Shown in pieces: positions 24,204-45,219 of a stretch of 64,000 nt of DNA. The DNA lies in contig CM041465.1 of assembly GCA_023213395.1 (NCBI GenBank), forward strand, positions 140,747,741-140,811,740, written 5' to 3'. The position numbers and the translations under genes are program-made. The notes under the pieces were generated by a model. That model had not been told where the DNA came from and did not search any database. It saw nothing but the letters and a program-made list of their open reading frames with translations. The DNA is from Cycas panzhihuaensis (lineage: Eukaryota > Plantae > Cycadophyta). Within the stretch, counting starts at the first letter, position 1; each line of letters opens with the position of its first letter.

Positions 24204-27200
24204 CCTCCCTTAATAATAAATTCATTTCTTCAAATATCAAGGTCATGTCTAAATCATTCAAACTTCAGTTTACCAAGTGCTTTGATAAAGATGTCAGTGA
24301 CCTAGTCTTCAATAGGATAATAGACAAGATTAACTTCTCCATTCTAGACATACTCATAAATGAAGTAATAATAGACCTCGATATGCTTAGTTCTAGCATA
24401 GAATATAAGATTCTTCATCATCTTCAACACACTTTGATTGTCACAGTATAGGATGGCAGGTGTACATTGTTAAAGTCCAAACTCAACAAGAATCCTTTTG
24501 ACCCAAATCAACTTAGTTGTAGCATGGAAAACTACTTCATATTCTTCTTTAGTAGAGGAAAGGGTAATATTAAGTTGTTTCTTATAGCTCCATGAGATTA
24601 CAGTTGAGTTCATATCAAAATAATAGCCTGAAGTTGAACGGCATGTATCCTGACAACCAATCTAATTAGCATCTATATGTCCCTTTAGAATTAGTGAGTT
24701 AGTCTTATTATACTCAAGGCTAAATCGATGAGTACCATAAATGTATTTGAGGATCCTAGTGGCTTCTTTCCAATGAGATGCTTTGGGTTATGACATATAC
24801 ATGGAGTCGATCCCCACTATATATAGAATATCTGGTTGAGTGTAAGTGAGATAAATGAGGCTCTGAGCTAACTGCTAATATAAAGTAGGATCAAAAGGCT
24901 TTCCTTATTCATTCAAGTCTAACTTGGTTCTTGTCTCCCTAAGAATTGGTGTAGGCTTACAATCTATCATCCTAAATCTTTCCAAGAGCTCATTGGCATA
25001 CTTAGTTTAGGTCAAGAGAATGTAACCTAGTTCTTGCCAAACTTCAATTCTAAGGAAGTAGTGGAGCAACCCAAGATTAGTCATCTCAAAGTTGCTTTTT
25101 AATTTTGATTGAAGCTAAATATTCTATCTATATCATTACCAATAATAGTAAGGTTTTCCACATAAAGAACAATGATTATGATCAAATTATCTCTAACCTG
25201 AATGTAGAGATTAGGGTTAGAGGGTGAACAATCAAATCTATATTGTATGAGAACAACATCTATCTTTGCATACCAGGCAGGCAGTACCTATTTGAGTCCA
25301 TAAAGGGTTTTCTTGAGTCTATAAACTAAGTATTCTTGTCCCAAAATAGTATAGCCTAGGGGTTGTTTTAAGAAAATCTCTTCTTTGAGCTCTCCATTGA
25401 GGAAAACACTCTTCACATCCATTTGGTAAATAGGCTATCTAAATTGGGCTGCTAGGGATATAACCAAATAGAATGTGGTCATGTTAGCTACTGGTGTAAG
25501 GGTCTCATCATACGTAATTCCTTTATGCTATTTGAAACCTCTTATAATAAGGCAAGCTTTATGGTGCTCTACGGTGCTATCTGCATAGAACTTGGTCATA
25601 TACAACCATCTACAATCAATTGCTTTCTTCCTAGGTGGTAATTCAGTTAGCTCCCAAGTGTCATTTTTCAAGATAGATTTCATCTCTTCATCCATAGTTA
25701 CTTTTCATGTTTAGTCTCTGACTACCTCCTTAAATGTGGAAGACTCAGGAGTTTCAAAGACACATGCCACAAGGGTAAAGTTTATAGAGTGTCTCATCTT
25801 GGAAGGCCTATTTGTAGTTGTGGGAGGAGGAGGAGCATCCTTTAAGAGCTATTGTACCTACTTAGGAGGTGGTTAAAAGCTGGTGACTTCCACCTGAATG
25901 TTATCAATTGAAATAGGAGGCAAGGTTATGCTTACCTAAGTGGATGATGAAGAAGCTAATGGAATTGATGAGGGACCAGAAGTGTAGGATGAAGTTGGTA
26001 TTGGTGGCTTTAAAATTTGTTCAAGGGTCACTTGTGATGTACTAACTTCATTTGTTGTTATAATTTGAGGTGGAGGAGTGGTCATTTCTTATGGTTCTTC
26101 TGTAAAGATTACATCCCATGTCATTTAAGCTTGGTTACCAACTGTGTCAAAGACTTCATAGGCTTTGTAACTAGGTACATAGCCAAGGAAGATGCACTTA
26201 AAGCTCTTGTCATCAAGCTTCTTTCTGTTATCTTTTGGAAAACTTTTGTATGTTGTGCATCCAAAGATCCTCAAGTGAGCTACAAATGGTTTTTGACTTG
26301 ACCAAGCTTCTTCAGGAGTAATGTTTCTAACTATAATTGTGTGACTTATATTGGTTAGGTAAGTAGCAACGGTAATGGCATCAACCCAAAATCTGGTGGC
26401 AAGGTTAGCAGTTCCAAGCATGGCCTTTCCTTTATTGATTAAAGTTTGATTCATCCTTCTAGTTACACCATTATGCTGGGGTGTGTGAGGAGCAGAAAAT
26501 TGACATTGGATGACATGTTCCTTGCAAAAGCTATTAAACTAATTTAAACAGTGCTCACCACTATTATCACATCTAAGGGTCTTGATTTTCATCCCACTTT
26601 CATTATCTACAATAGCTTTAAACTCTTTGAATATATCTAAGGCTTGATATTTATTTCTCAAGAAATAGAACCATACTTTTCTTGAGAAGTCATCTATGAA
26701 GGTGATGAAATTACTAGCTTCCATTGAGAAATTAGATGAATATAAGGCCCCAAATATTAGAATAGACCAACTCTAATCATTGTGAAGCTCTCCATGCATT
26801 CTTGGAAGGGAATTTTTTCCTTTGTTGCTTTCCCTTTAGGCATGCGTCATATATATTATAGTATCTCTTGATTTTAGGTAGGTCATGTACCATTTTAAGC
26901 CTATACATGAGGTTCAAGTTTTTCTTGTTTAAATGACCTAGGCATTAATGCCATAGGTGGTCTTTGGATCTATTTGTGATTACATCATCCTTTGAATTAG
27001 AGAATTCTCTAGGTTGTTATATGTAAGGGGACTCTTCATTAATTACATCCTTCCCCTTATTAGATTGAGTTGGGTTGGCCATGGAATAAGATTTATATTA
27101 TGGAGGAGTGATAAGGAGAACTCCATCCAACCTATATAAGTCATTATCTTCATGTCCTATGACCACAAGTTTTCTTGCAGCATGGTCTATAATTTTGCAA

Positions 27201-28880
27201 ATGCCTTAGCTAAAGAGGACATCTAAGTTTTACTTGTGCATTTGGCTGGTAGAAAGTCGGTTCATATTTATACCCGATATAAGGAATATATTACTTATGT
27301 GGTGTCTAATATTGGAGTCCTTCAATGTTATTGGTGCTCTACTAATTTTGGTTATATTATATGTCAAGTTATTACCAAATGTGACTATTTGAGTGTTGAT
27401 TAGTTAGGTCTCTTCCAACATCTTTTATGAACCTATCATGTATCTTGTTACACCAAAATCAAGGAGCCATGTGATGTCATCATGTTGTGAAGACAATGTT
27501 GTAAAAAATAGGTTATGAGAGGAGGAGTCTTGACCATATCCCATGTTTCCACCTTGTTGTTAATTATTCTATTAATTCCTTTGATTTCTATTTGAGAACT
27601 TTTGCCTATTTTGAGGTTTGTGTCCTTATATAGGCCTTGGATTCTAATTTTACCGATAGAATTAGCCTTACGATTAGTATGATGGCCCCCCTTGTGGGTA
27701 GAAAAGGCCTCTTGATTGTTGAATAAGACCGCCTTATTGATAATAAGGGTATCCTTATTGTGGAAAAGGAGTTCCTTGAGGAGGCCATGGTTCTCCTTGT
27801 TGATAAGAAACTCATTATCTTGGTTGAGTATAATTAGGACCTTTTTGATAGTATGAGGGTGCTCTTTGTTGATAAATTGGGGGTGGTTGTTGATAAAATG
27901 GCCCATATGCTTGGCTCTCTTGGTTTTGCAAGAGTTATAAATCATCTTTCCATCTCTTGCATTCAATAGCTAGATATCTAGTTTTGTCATAGTAGAGGTA
28001 CATGACATTTGGTTTACCCTATTAATTCTTTTGAGATTGTCCCTGTGGTTGGTGTTGAGATTGTTGAGTTAGACAAGAGGAGGAGGAGGTGCTAATAAGA
28101 TGCTACTGAGTTGGTTGTTGATATGACTCTTATGATATGGAGAGAGAGTCTAAGTGTTGAGCTAGGGCTTATTGTTAACTAATCTATTAAGCTACTCTAT
28201 TAAGTCTTATCTTTTTTTGAGTTTCAAGTTATAAAGGCAGGAGCTAAGTCAAATGTTGATGTCATCCCTAGTTAGTTAAGTATATTCTCCTCTCAAAGTA
28301 AGATGCCTTTAAAGGTTATAGAGTCTATCTTAGAGTAATTCTTATGTAACTTGGATATAAATGAGTTATATTTAATAGGTAGAATGTTATTAATACTAGA
28401 AATCAAGTCATAATTAGAAGGTAGCTCGCCAAGGATAATAAATTGGTTTCTAATAGTTTTAAATTTAGTTAAAGGATTGGTGATATTTTTGGCAAAGGGC
28501 ATGGAAAATAGGCAATCTTTGAGTGTCAAAGATCTAGATTCATCTTTTTTCTCATAGAGAGCACAAAGTATTTTCCATGCCTTATGAGATATTTATTCAA
28601 TTTTGATGTTTTGATCTACTTGGTCTTCAATTTCCAAGTAGAGGAAGGATAATGCTATGTTATCCTTCTCTTTGAAGTTTATTAAGGCTAGCAGATTTGG
28701 TGGAGTTATTTTAATGGAATCATTAAGGTCTTTTATAGATACAAGAAGTGGTATGTCCCCATTAACATAGGCCTAAAGCTCGGTCATGATGAGCAAGCTT
28801 TTAACTTACTTCTTCCATGGTATAAAGTTGTTTATTCCATTGAGTTTAATGGTGTTTAAAAGGAGCATTTGTAATGCCAT
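24204..28880 (-). mobile_element. Decayed Ty1/copia element D, full gag-pol domain set
   Basis: gag start MALQMLLLNTIKLNGINNFIPWKK at 28880. Decayed zinc knuckle at ~27965-28015. Integrase FITFIDDFSRKVW..KIKTLRCDNSGE and TPEEAWS..HLRIFGC..KLDDKS. RT, then RNase H YCDNQS..ARTKHIEV. PPT AAGGGAGG at ~24204-24211. Confidence 0.93.
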
Positions 28881-28942
28881 ATTTGAAAGGATTTTTTGTA
28901 TTTGAATTTATGTCTTTAAAGTTTTTGTATGATAAGGTACTA

Positions 28943-31900
28943 ATCTACCTAGATGGCTTCTAATCTAGAATTCTAAAGCTAAGGATCTCTAGGAAAACTC
29001 TTGGTTACCATCTTGTCTAATGGCACTTGCCCATAAGTGAAAAATTAGGGACTTGATATACTAGTACGTGAGCTCAAGGGCTTAATATATCTCAATATGT
29101 GGGCCACAAAAAAGGCCCTAAGACCCCCCTAATTTGTTTCCCTACCTACAATGGACTTATGTCAAATGATAGATCTAGTGGTGAGAACTTACTAACTAAG
29201 GTACTCACCTCCCTGGGTCTAGCATGGTCTCCAAACTTTAGAGGATAGGGTCTTTGCCTCACCCTGCCACCTAATACACCTGGTAGCTAATGATGTTCCT
29301 CATCTAATATGATTAGGCCAAGGGTGTATACGTGTTAGTAACATCAAGGGTCTTAACCATTCCCCTTATAAGGCTAGAAATGGGGTTCAATTCAGGAGTT
29401 ATCTTTTTAATATGAATTTTTTTTTTTTTTTAAAGTAAGTTTCTTATATATAAGAGGTTCCTTTTAAAGTAATAAATGAAATGAAGATAAAATAATACAA
29501 ATTGAAATAATAAGGGTAGGTTTAGAAAGCTCTTTATTAGACCAAACTTTGAGAGTTAATTCTTTTAATTTTCTAAGAGTAACACCTATAAATGAGACAT
29601 CACCATGCACTAATTAGCCTTAAAAAATAGAACTAAATAACGAAAAGAGATAAGACACAACCTAATCTAGCAAAAGAACCTCAAAGAAATTGAAAAAAAC
29701 TTCAAAAACTAAAAAATAAGACTTAAATAACTTAATAAAAAAGGTTAAGTTGAGCGGATAATATCTCTTATAAATAAGCTCTAAATCTAAATCAATTTGA
29801 TTCTAAGTTATAGAGCTCTAAAATTACTTTATGACACTTTAAACAGTTTGTAAAATAAATGCACAGTTAAGGAGATATCATAAAAATAGTGTAGGTACCT
29901 CTTTATGCCCAAAAAATAAGTGAAAATAAGGTTAAGCCCCCTATGAATTGGCCCCCAATCACCTAAAGGCTACATGTGACCACCTACTAATGCCACTAGG
30001 GGGTTGGCGAACTTGAAGAATTATAAAAAACAGCTCAATGTTTTTTTAATGTATAAAAGTTTTTAAATCTAATTAAATGACTTTTGGAGTTTATCCTTTT
30101 AATAATGAAATAGGGTCATATGGTGAATGAATATGATTAGATCTAGGGGCTAAAGACCTAGATTTCAACCAAATATTAGATTCAACTTAATTTAAATGTA
30201 TAAAATTGAATCATATTAAAAAATTAAAAGTTTTTTAATGAAAAAACTTGTCACAAATTTGCATGACCTACATGTGAGGGGTGCGACCTTATAGAGCTTC
30301 AAGAGCTCAGAAACCCAATTAAACAGCAATGAAATTTCATAGGAGGAGGTGCATGATAGAGGAGAAGCTACTAGAAGTGGCTAGATTTGAAAATATTCTT
30401 TGGATGAAGAGAATAATGCTATTAAAGTTTAGGGATCTGCATGGGTCCAACAAAGGGAAATGAAGCCAAACACTGCTTGAAACTACCTCAAATGGACTCC
30501 AAATGATGTGAAATTCTAGAGCAGGAGATGCAGGATACATATGAATCCATAAGAGGTGACAAAATATGAAAAGAAGCATTGGTTTGAGAGAGAAATACTA
30601 CCGAAGTCTAGGGTTCTATGTAAGCAAAAACGAGCAAAACATAGCCATTGATATTTAAATGTATTTATGTCATATCTACCTAGGGGATTTCTAATCTATA
30701 ATTCTATGTCTTAGAGTCTTCAAAGAAAGCTCTTGATTACTATCCTATCTAATGGAACCTACCCATAAATGGTAAAACTATGATCCAATATACTAGTACG
30801 TGAGCTCAAAGCTTGATATACCTTAATATACAATACAACTTAATATACTTTAGTATGTAAGTTGCAAAGAAGGTCTAAGACCCTATTAATTTGTTCATCC
30901 ACCTGTATCAGACTTATGCCTAGTGATAGATTTAACATTAAGAGCTTGACCAACTAAGGCACTCATCCCCTTTGAGTTTAGCCTAGTCTTCAAACTCTAA
31001 TGGTAAAAGGTTCTTCACCTTAGCCTACCACCTATTACACTTGATAGATAATGGTTTCCTCAACAAATTAGAGTATACTAAAGATGTATGGAAAGTAGTA
31101 ACTTTAAGGGTCCTAACCATTTCTCTTATAAGGCTAGAAAATAGGGTGGTTGATTTAGGAAGTATCTTATTAATATGTCAAAAATAATATTGATTTTATA
31201 ATCTTTCTAACAAATAAGGTTCTTTTTACCAAATTAAAAACTTGAAATTAAATTAAATTAAATGAGACTAAGTAAAATTAACTAAAGTGGTAAAATAGTT
31301 TAGAGAGCTTTTATTTAAGAAAGTTTGACCCAAGAGTGATTTCTTTAACTTTCAAAAGTAATCATACACACAATCAACTACAAAATATTTATGAGTTAAA
31401 ATAATAGATTAAAATCTACTAACAATAGTTAGTACTATAATGTAGCATCAATATCCTTGAATAAAATTAAAAAATAGCTTTAAAAATAATGTAAAATGCT
31501 CAAATAAGGATCAACCAAGTAGGTTAAATTTAACATCTTAAAAGTCCTACAAAATAACTTTAAATTAGTCTCAAAGTGATTTCAAATTGAAGTGCTCTGA
31601 ATTAGCTTTCCAATGGTTTAAACAATTTGAAATATAAACTCTTGGATGGAAAATTATTATAGAAAAGGCAAAGGCACCTCTTTATGGTAAAAGATCAAAT
31701 GAAGGGTAGCCTTAAGCCCCTTTGGTAAGATAGCCCTTTGTCATCAGGCTCAGCACATGACCATCTACTAATAGGAAAGGGGGGATATAGATCTTAAATT
31801 TTATAAATTATAGTTAAATGTCTTAAAATCCAAAGTTATAAAAACGAATTTAATTAGATTTCAAATCTACCCCTTTATAACAAAGTAGAAGGTCACATGG

Positions 31901-32020
31901 GAACACAATAAAACCATTGGCTAATAGTGAGAGGGGCTAGCTGATTTAAAACTTTTATTCAATTTAATTTAATTTATCAAAAACTTTATTAAAAGGTATA
32001 AACCAAATTATTTTATTTAA
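28943..32020. repeat. Diverged ~1.73-kb-period direct duplication in the long leader upstream of D gag
   Basis: Shared blocks ATCTACCTAG (28943/30674), ATACTAGTACGTGAGCTCAA, and TAACCATT..CTTATAAGGCTAGAAA, followed by further colinear blocks. Confidence 0.8.
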
Positions 32021-32854
32021 AAAACCTATGCAGACATATCTGCGTGTAAAAATAGAGAAAGAAATCAATTGAATTGACTAAAAGATCAAGAAAAAAAAAT
32101 TAGAAATCAATTGATTGAGATAGTATTAACTAGGCATCCAAATCTACAAAAAAAAAAAAAAAAGTTTTAAATATTAAAAATATAAATAAATTGATAAAAA
32201 TGGAAACAATGATGGTTTTTTTGAAAACCAGAGAGGCAGAGTGGTTTCATAGAATGATATCTCATAAATAGAGTGATGAAATCTTAATCCCTCTTCTCCA
32301 CTATGAAGATGTCTTAGTCAAGATAAAAATGAGTAGTGGATTGATATGGTTTTGATCATCAGACAATGAGCATGACCTATTGAAACCAAAGATAATGTAT
32401 TAATCCTAAAATTAAAAAGAAAAATGATCAAATTTAAATAAAAAATTTGAGATCTACCTTAAATTACTCTAGATTAGAGTCTGTCCATACATAGCCATAA
32501 TAACTATAAAAGATTACTGATTAATAGAGTATAAAATCCACACATAGGATAAATGAGATGTAGAGATATGTGAGGTAAAAAGATTTAAAAAAATTATGAA
32601 TATTAAAAAAATATCAATTATATCAATGTTAATAAATTTTAGATGGGAGATGAAGCCTATAACAACACAAAAAAACCATGCAGGTTAAGTGAATGGGCCA
32701 CATAGGGCTGTAACTAGGCTATGTAGGCACTTGTGTTCACTAATAATTAATTTAATTGCCCTACAGTTGAATGTAAGTATAAATACAATGTATAGATCAA
32801 ATATATTAAATATTTCGTGGGCCTACATGTAAGTAACATAGCTTTGATACCAAA

Positions 32855-33146
32855 TATAGGTGACTAAGGTTAGAGCAAAACATAGATTATAAAACCATAA
32901 CAAATAAAATCAAACATTAATAATATTTTTTATAAGAGGGTGCTACTAAAGAATAACTTTGAGCCATGGAGCCTGATATAAATAGAAAAGACATTGGGCA
33001 AAGCCCAACATCTACTGTCTTTTGTGTTAATAAATATCATTAAAATATTAAGCATAGGTTGACTAGGGGTGGGCTAAAGTTGGCTTCACAAGACCTAATG
33101 CTAACACACCCTTTCATGATTTAAATAAATGAACATTATCCTAACA
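32855..33146 (-). repeat. LTR with adjacent tRNA-Met PBS (probable 5' LTR of D), abutting the RT of element E
   Basis: GCTTTGATACCA at 32841-32852 is a PBS on minus. The segment ends CTAACA at 33146, after which E's RT begins abruptly. Confidence 0.65.
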
Positions 33147-34960
33147 TAAAAAAGGTGCTTTTTATATCTATTTAATAGATTATCCAATATTTTTGTATAG
33201 CTAAGGCCATGATTACCCTTATTGTTTCTAACCTTGCAATAGGTGTAAATGTCTCATTATAATATATACCCTTAATTTGAGCATAGCCCTTTACAACTAA
33301 CCTTGCTTTATATTTATTAATGGATCCATTTAATTTATACTTAGTCTTATAGACCCATTTTATCCCAATGTCATTCTTGATAGGTGGTAAATCTACTAAA
33401 TCCCATGTGCCATTTTTCACTAAAGCATTATACTCTTCCCTCATTTTATGTTTCTATTCATCTTGATTATTTGTCTCTCCAAAGTTATGAGGCTCATTAA
33501 ACTCCATAACTTGAGTCATAAGTGCAAAATTCACCCTTTGAAATCTTGTAATTCTTCTCTCAAAGTTGGTGTTTAAGATATTTTGAGGGCTTTAATCCCT
33601 TTATACCATTTTGGGTCCCTTTGACTTGAAGTAGAGTGTCCTACTTCATTTGTATTAGGTACTTCAACCATAATATTTTTGCCCTTTTTAACAACTTCTT
33701 CTTGATAAAATTCATCTTCCTTGAAGATGACAACCATGCTTATAATAATCCTTTTACCTTTTAGATTATAAAGTTTATAGGATCTAAAAAGTCACTATAT
33801 CATATAAAGATACATTTGATACTCTTATCATTTAGATTTATCCTCTTTTGATCTAGGACATGTGCATAAGTAATGCACTAAAAATTCTCAAGTGCTCAAT
33901 ATTTGGCTTATAACTTATTCAAGCTTCTTTTAGTGTAACCCACCTTACTACTTTGGTGGTATACTTGTTTAATAAATAGATAGTTGTATGTACAACTTCT
34001 ACTCAATATTCATTTTCTAGATGCTTGTCTTTAAGTATACTTTTTATTATTTCAATAGTTATCCTATTTTTTCTATATTACAAAATATCTATGGTAATCT
34101 TTGAATTCATTTGAAATGAATTTTCATCTATTAGCTAATATTAGGGTCAAAAATTTTAAGTTCACTTGGTATTTTAACCATACTTCTAAAATAAATGAAG
34201 CATGAAAGTGTATCTGACTTAAACTTTAAAAAGTAGACCAAAGTCATCCTTGTAAAGTCATCAATAAATGTCATGAAATACTTGGCTCCTTTAAGTGAAG
34301 CCACATCCATTAGACCACATAAGTCTGTATATACCAATTGATGGGGTCTATTGGACCTATAACTTTCATTAGGGAATCTTTCTATTTATTGTTTCCCAAG
34401 TATACATCCTTCACATATTTCTTTGTTACATTCAATATTGGGTAGTCCAATCACTATTTTTATTTTCTTCATTAAGGCCAAACTATTATGGTTCATATGA
34501 CTAAGATTTTTATGCTATGTTTTACTATCTTTATTGATTAGAGCCTTTAAGTATAATGATCTATTTGGGGAATGACTAGTTTGAATAATATATCACTAGC
34601 CATTTGTCTTTTAGCCATAATTGCTTTATTCTTAGTTTATATTTAATGGTGCACTCCCCATTATCAAGGATTATCTTATATTTTTGCTCTATCATTTGTC
34701 CTACTAATATTAATTTTTTCTTAAATGTTGGGACATGAAGCACATCATTAATGTACCTTATTTCTCCAAAATATATTTATATAGAGACATTCCCTTTACT
34801 AACTACAACTTGAGTGTTATTATCACTAAATATAATCTCACTTCTTTTGGTGTTATCTAATTCTTTAAACCACTCTTCTCTATGTGTCATGTAGATAAAA
34901 CATCTCGAATCTATGTATTGACTATTTTCTTTTCCATTTTCCATTACATTTACCTTTTTT
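33147..34960 (-). mobile_element. Decayed Ty1/copia fragment E (PR-INT-RT start), same family as A, opposite orientation
   Basis: YIDSRCFIYMTHREEWF; VYTDLCGLMDVASLKGAKYFMTFIDDFTR; MREEYNALVKNGTWDLVDLP..KWVYKTK..KARLVVKGYAQ. Colinear with 15340-17200, with a deletion in the integrase core. Confidence 0.92.
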
Positions 34961-34969
34961 TTCCACTAT

Positions 34970-43450
<8,481 letters not shown>

Positions 43451-44716
43451 ATAATGATTGTTAGGGCATTGTCATAAATTAGAATGGCATCATTGCATAT
43501 CAAAAGGGGAACTATACTAAGTGTATTTATAGTATGTTATCAAAGGTTACTATTTTAGAAGAAGATTATGGTATGACATCATGACAAATTTGATTTGCTT
43601 TGTCATCATAACAAAGACTATGATGTTAGAGTAAAGACCACTATGAGGCAAAAATTAATAGAGGAAAAGTTAAAATGATAAAAACAAATAGGAAATGACC
43701 CATTAGAGGTGGTCCTAGCCTTATAAGAATACTACACAAGGGAAGGGGTGGGTGTATTTGATAGGTTTTAAAAAGGATAACAAAGTAAGGTGTATCGTTG
43801 GAAACTAGGGCTATATTCATTCCATACTTATTTCAAATTTCACATCATTAGCAATGTTAAGAAGAAAAAAATCCATATCTTTTAGGCATAACCAAATTAT
43901 AAATCACTTCAAAGTATTAGTCAAATTGCAAAGTAGGAGATCATACTTGACCCCATTAGGGTAGCCTAAAAGTTTGTAAATAAATATAAACCATTAAAAA
44001 ATATAGTGAGATCAACATGGTTATAGTGATGGCATTTTAACAAGTGAAAGGATGAAAGTCAAAGCAAACAAAGAAAAGAAACACTCCTCAAATATTATTG
44101 AGACTTTATTTTTAAAAATGAATAATGAGATAAAAATATTAATGTCAAGAGTCGACATTATATCTATCACAATATTTTAGTTTAACCCTTTTAAGTAAAT
44201 TAAAGTCAACTTCTATCCAAGAAGATGAGCAACATTTTGAAGAAGCATGAGAATTTAAAGTATAAGAATTAAAGCATATAGAAGGATAAGTTGTTGAAGA
44301 GTAATAGTCTACCTTTAATTAATTTGAAGAAATCTATCCATCGAAGTAGAGTAGCATATCAACTTATATGAGATAACTATTATAAGTCTAAACCATGTTA
44401 TATATTCTTCTATTTATTTTGACAATTTTTATTATAGTAAGGCATACAATGGAGATCAAGATTGGATGAATTATTTTATAAAACATTAAAAAATTGGTTT
44501 CAAAGCATTTGATAAAATCTCATTTTAATGAATATCTCTCATTACAATACTATTACACCAACCCTTATTCTTCTCTTAAATTTTTATAAATGCACTTTAT
44601 ATATCTAAATACAATATTAAAAAGAATATTAATCCTAATTAAAATGACACATGTGAGGTGAGAGTTATAACCTTTATTGGCTTGTCACTCATGTAACATT
44701 AAATAATCTTAAATCT

Positions 44717-45219
44717 TATTAGAAATTTCTTTGATACTATATAGAAAGTATAATTACGCTCTAATACCATATAAGAAATATAGAGTAACGTAGTAGAATA
44801 TATGATGCAAGTATAATGGTAGAATTAATTCATGACTAATGTGCACATATAAAGAATCAACACAAACATAAAGCAAATAACATTATAAGCATTTATTATA
44901 AGAGAGATAATAGATTTATATGTAGAAGACTTAATGTCAAAAAAATCATAGGAGAAGATGGAGTCAAGAGCTCCTCTTAATGATTAGAATAATTATATCT
45001 CTAAGTCTTTGACCTTTCTTAAGTTTTCAAGTAGTGTGTATACATATTTATATTGATATTTATCTCATGAGTAGCCTATATTTTTTTCTTGAGAGTTTAT
45101 ATTATCAAATAGCACAATATTTTATATGTGTGCATCTCATATATCTTAATGTATATGAATGATGGCATTATATATATGTCATCTCACTAATATTAAATAT
45201 TATATATGTGATTCCAGCA
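44717..45219 (-). repeat. Terminal (3') LTR0 of the array-associated element
   Basis: Aligns with the array LTRs (e.g. AAGAGCTCCTCTTAATGATTAGAATAATTATATCTCTA). Ends CCAGCA, followed by TTCCCCCTT (PPT on minus). Confidence 0.8.

Noticed and set aside
24137-24451. 104-aa plus-strand ORF, and similar ORFs at 26065, 55157, 56764, 58274 and 58717
   Set aside because: Antisense to copia gag/pol domains.
27448-27966. 172-aa ORF
   Set aside because: Off-frame reading of the Gln-rich gag tract of D.
29055-29080. GTACGTGAGCT resembling a 23S/26S rRNA motif
   Set aside because: Only 11 nt match and the flanks are not rRNA-like.
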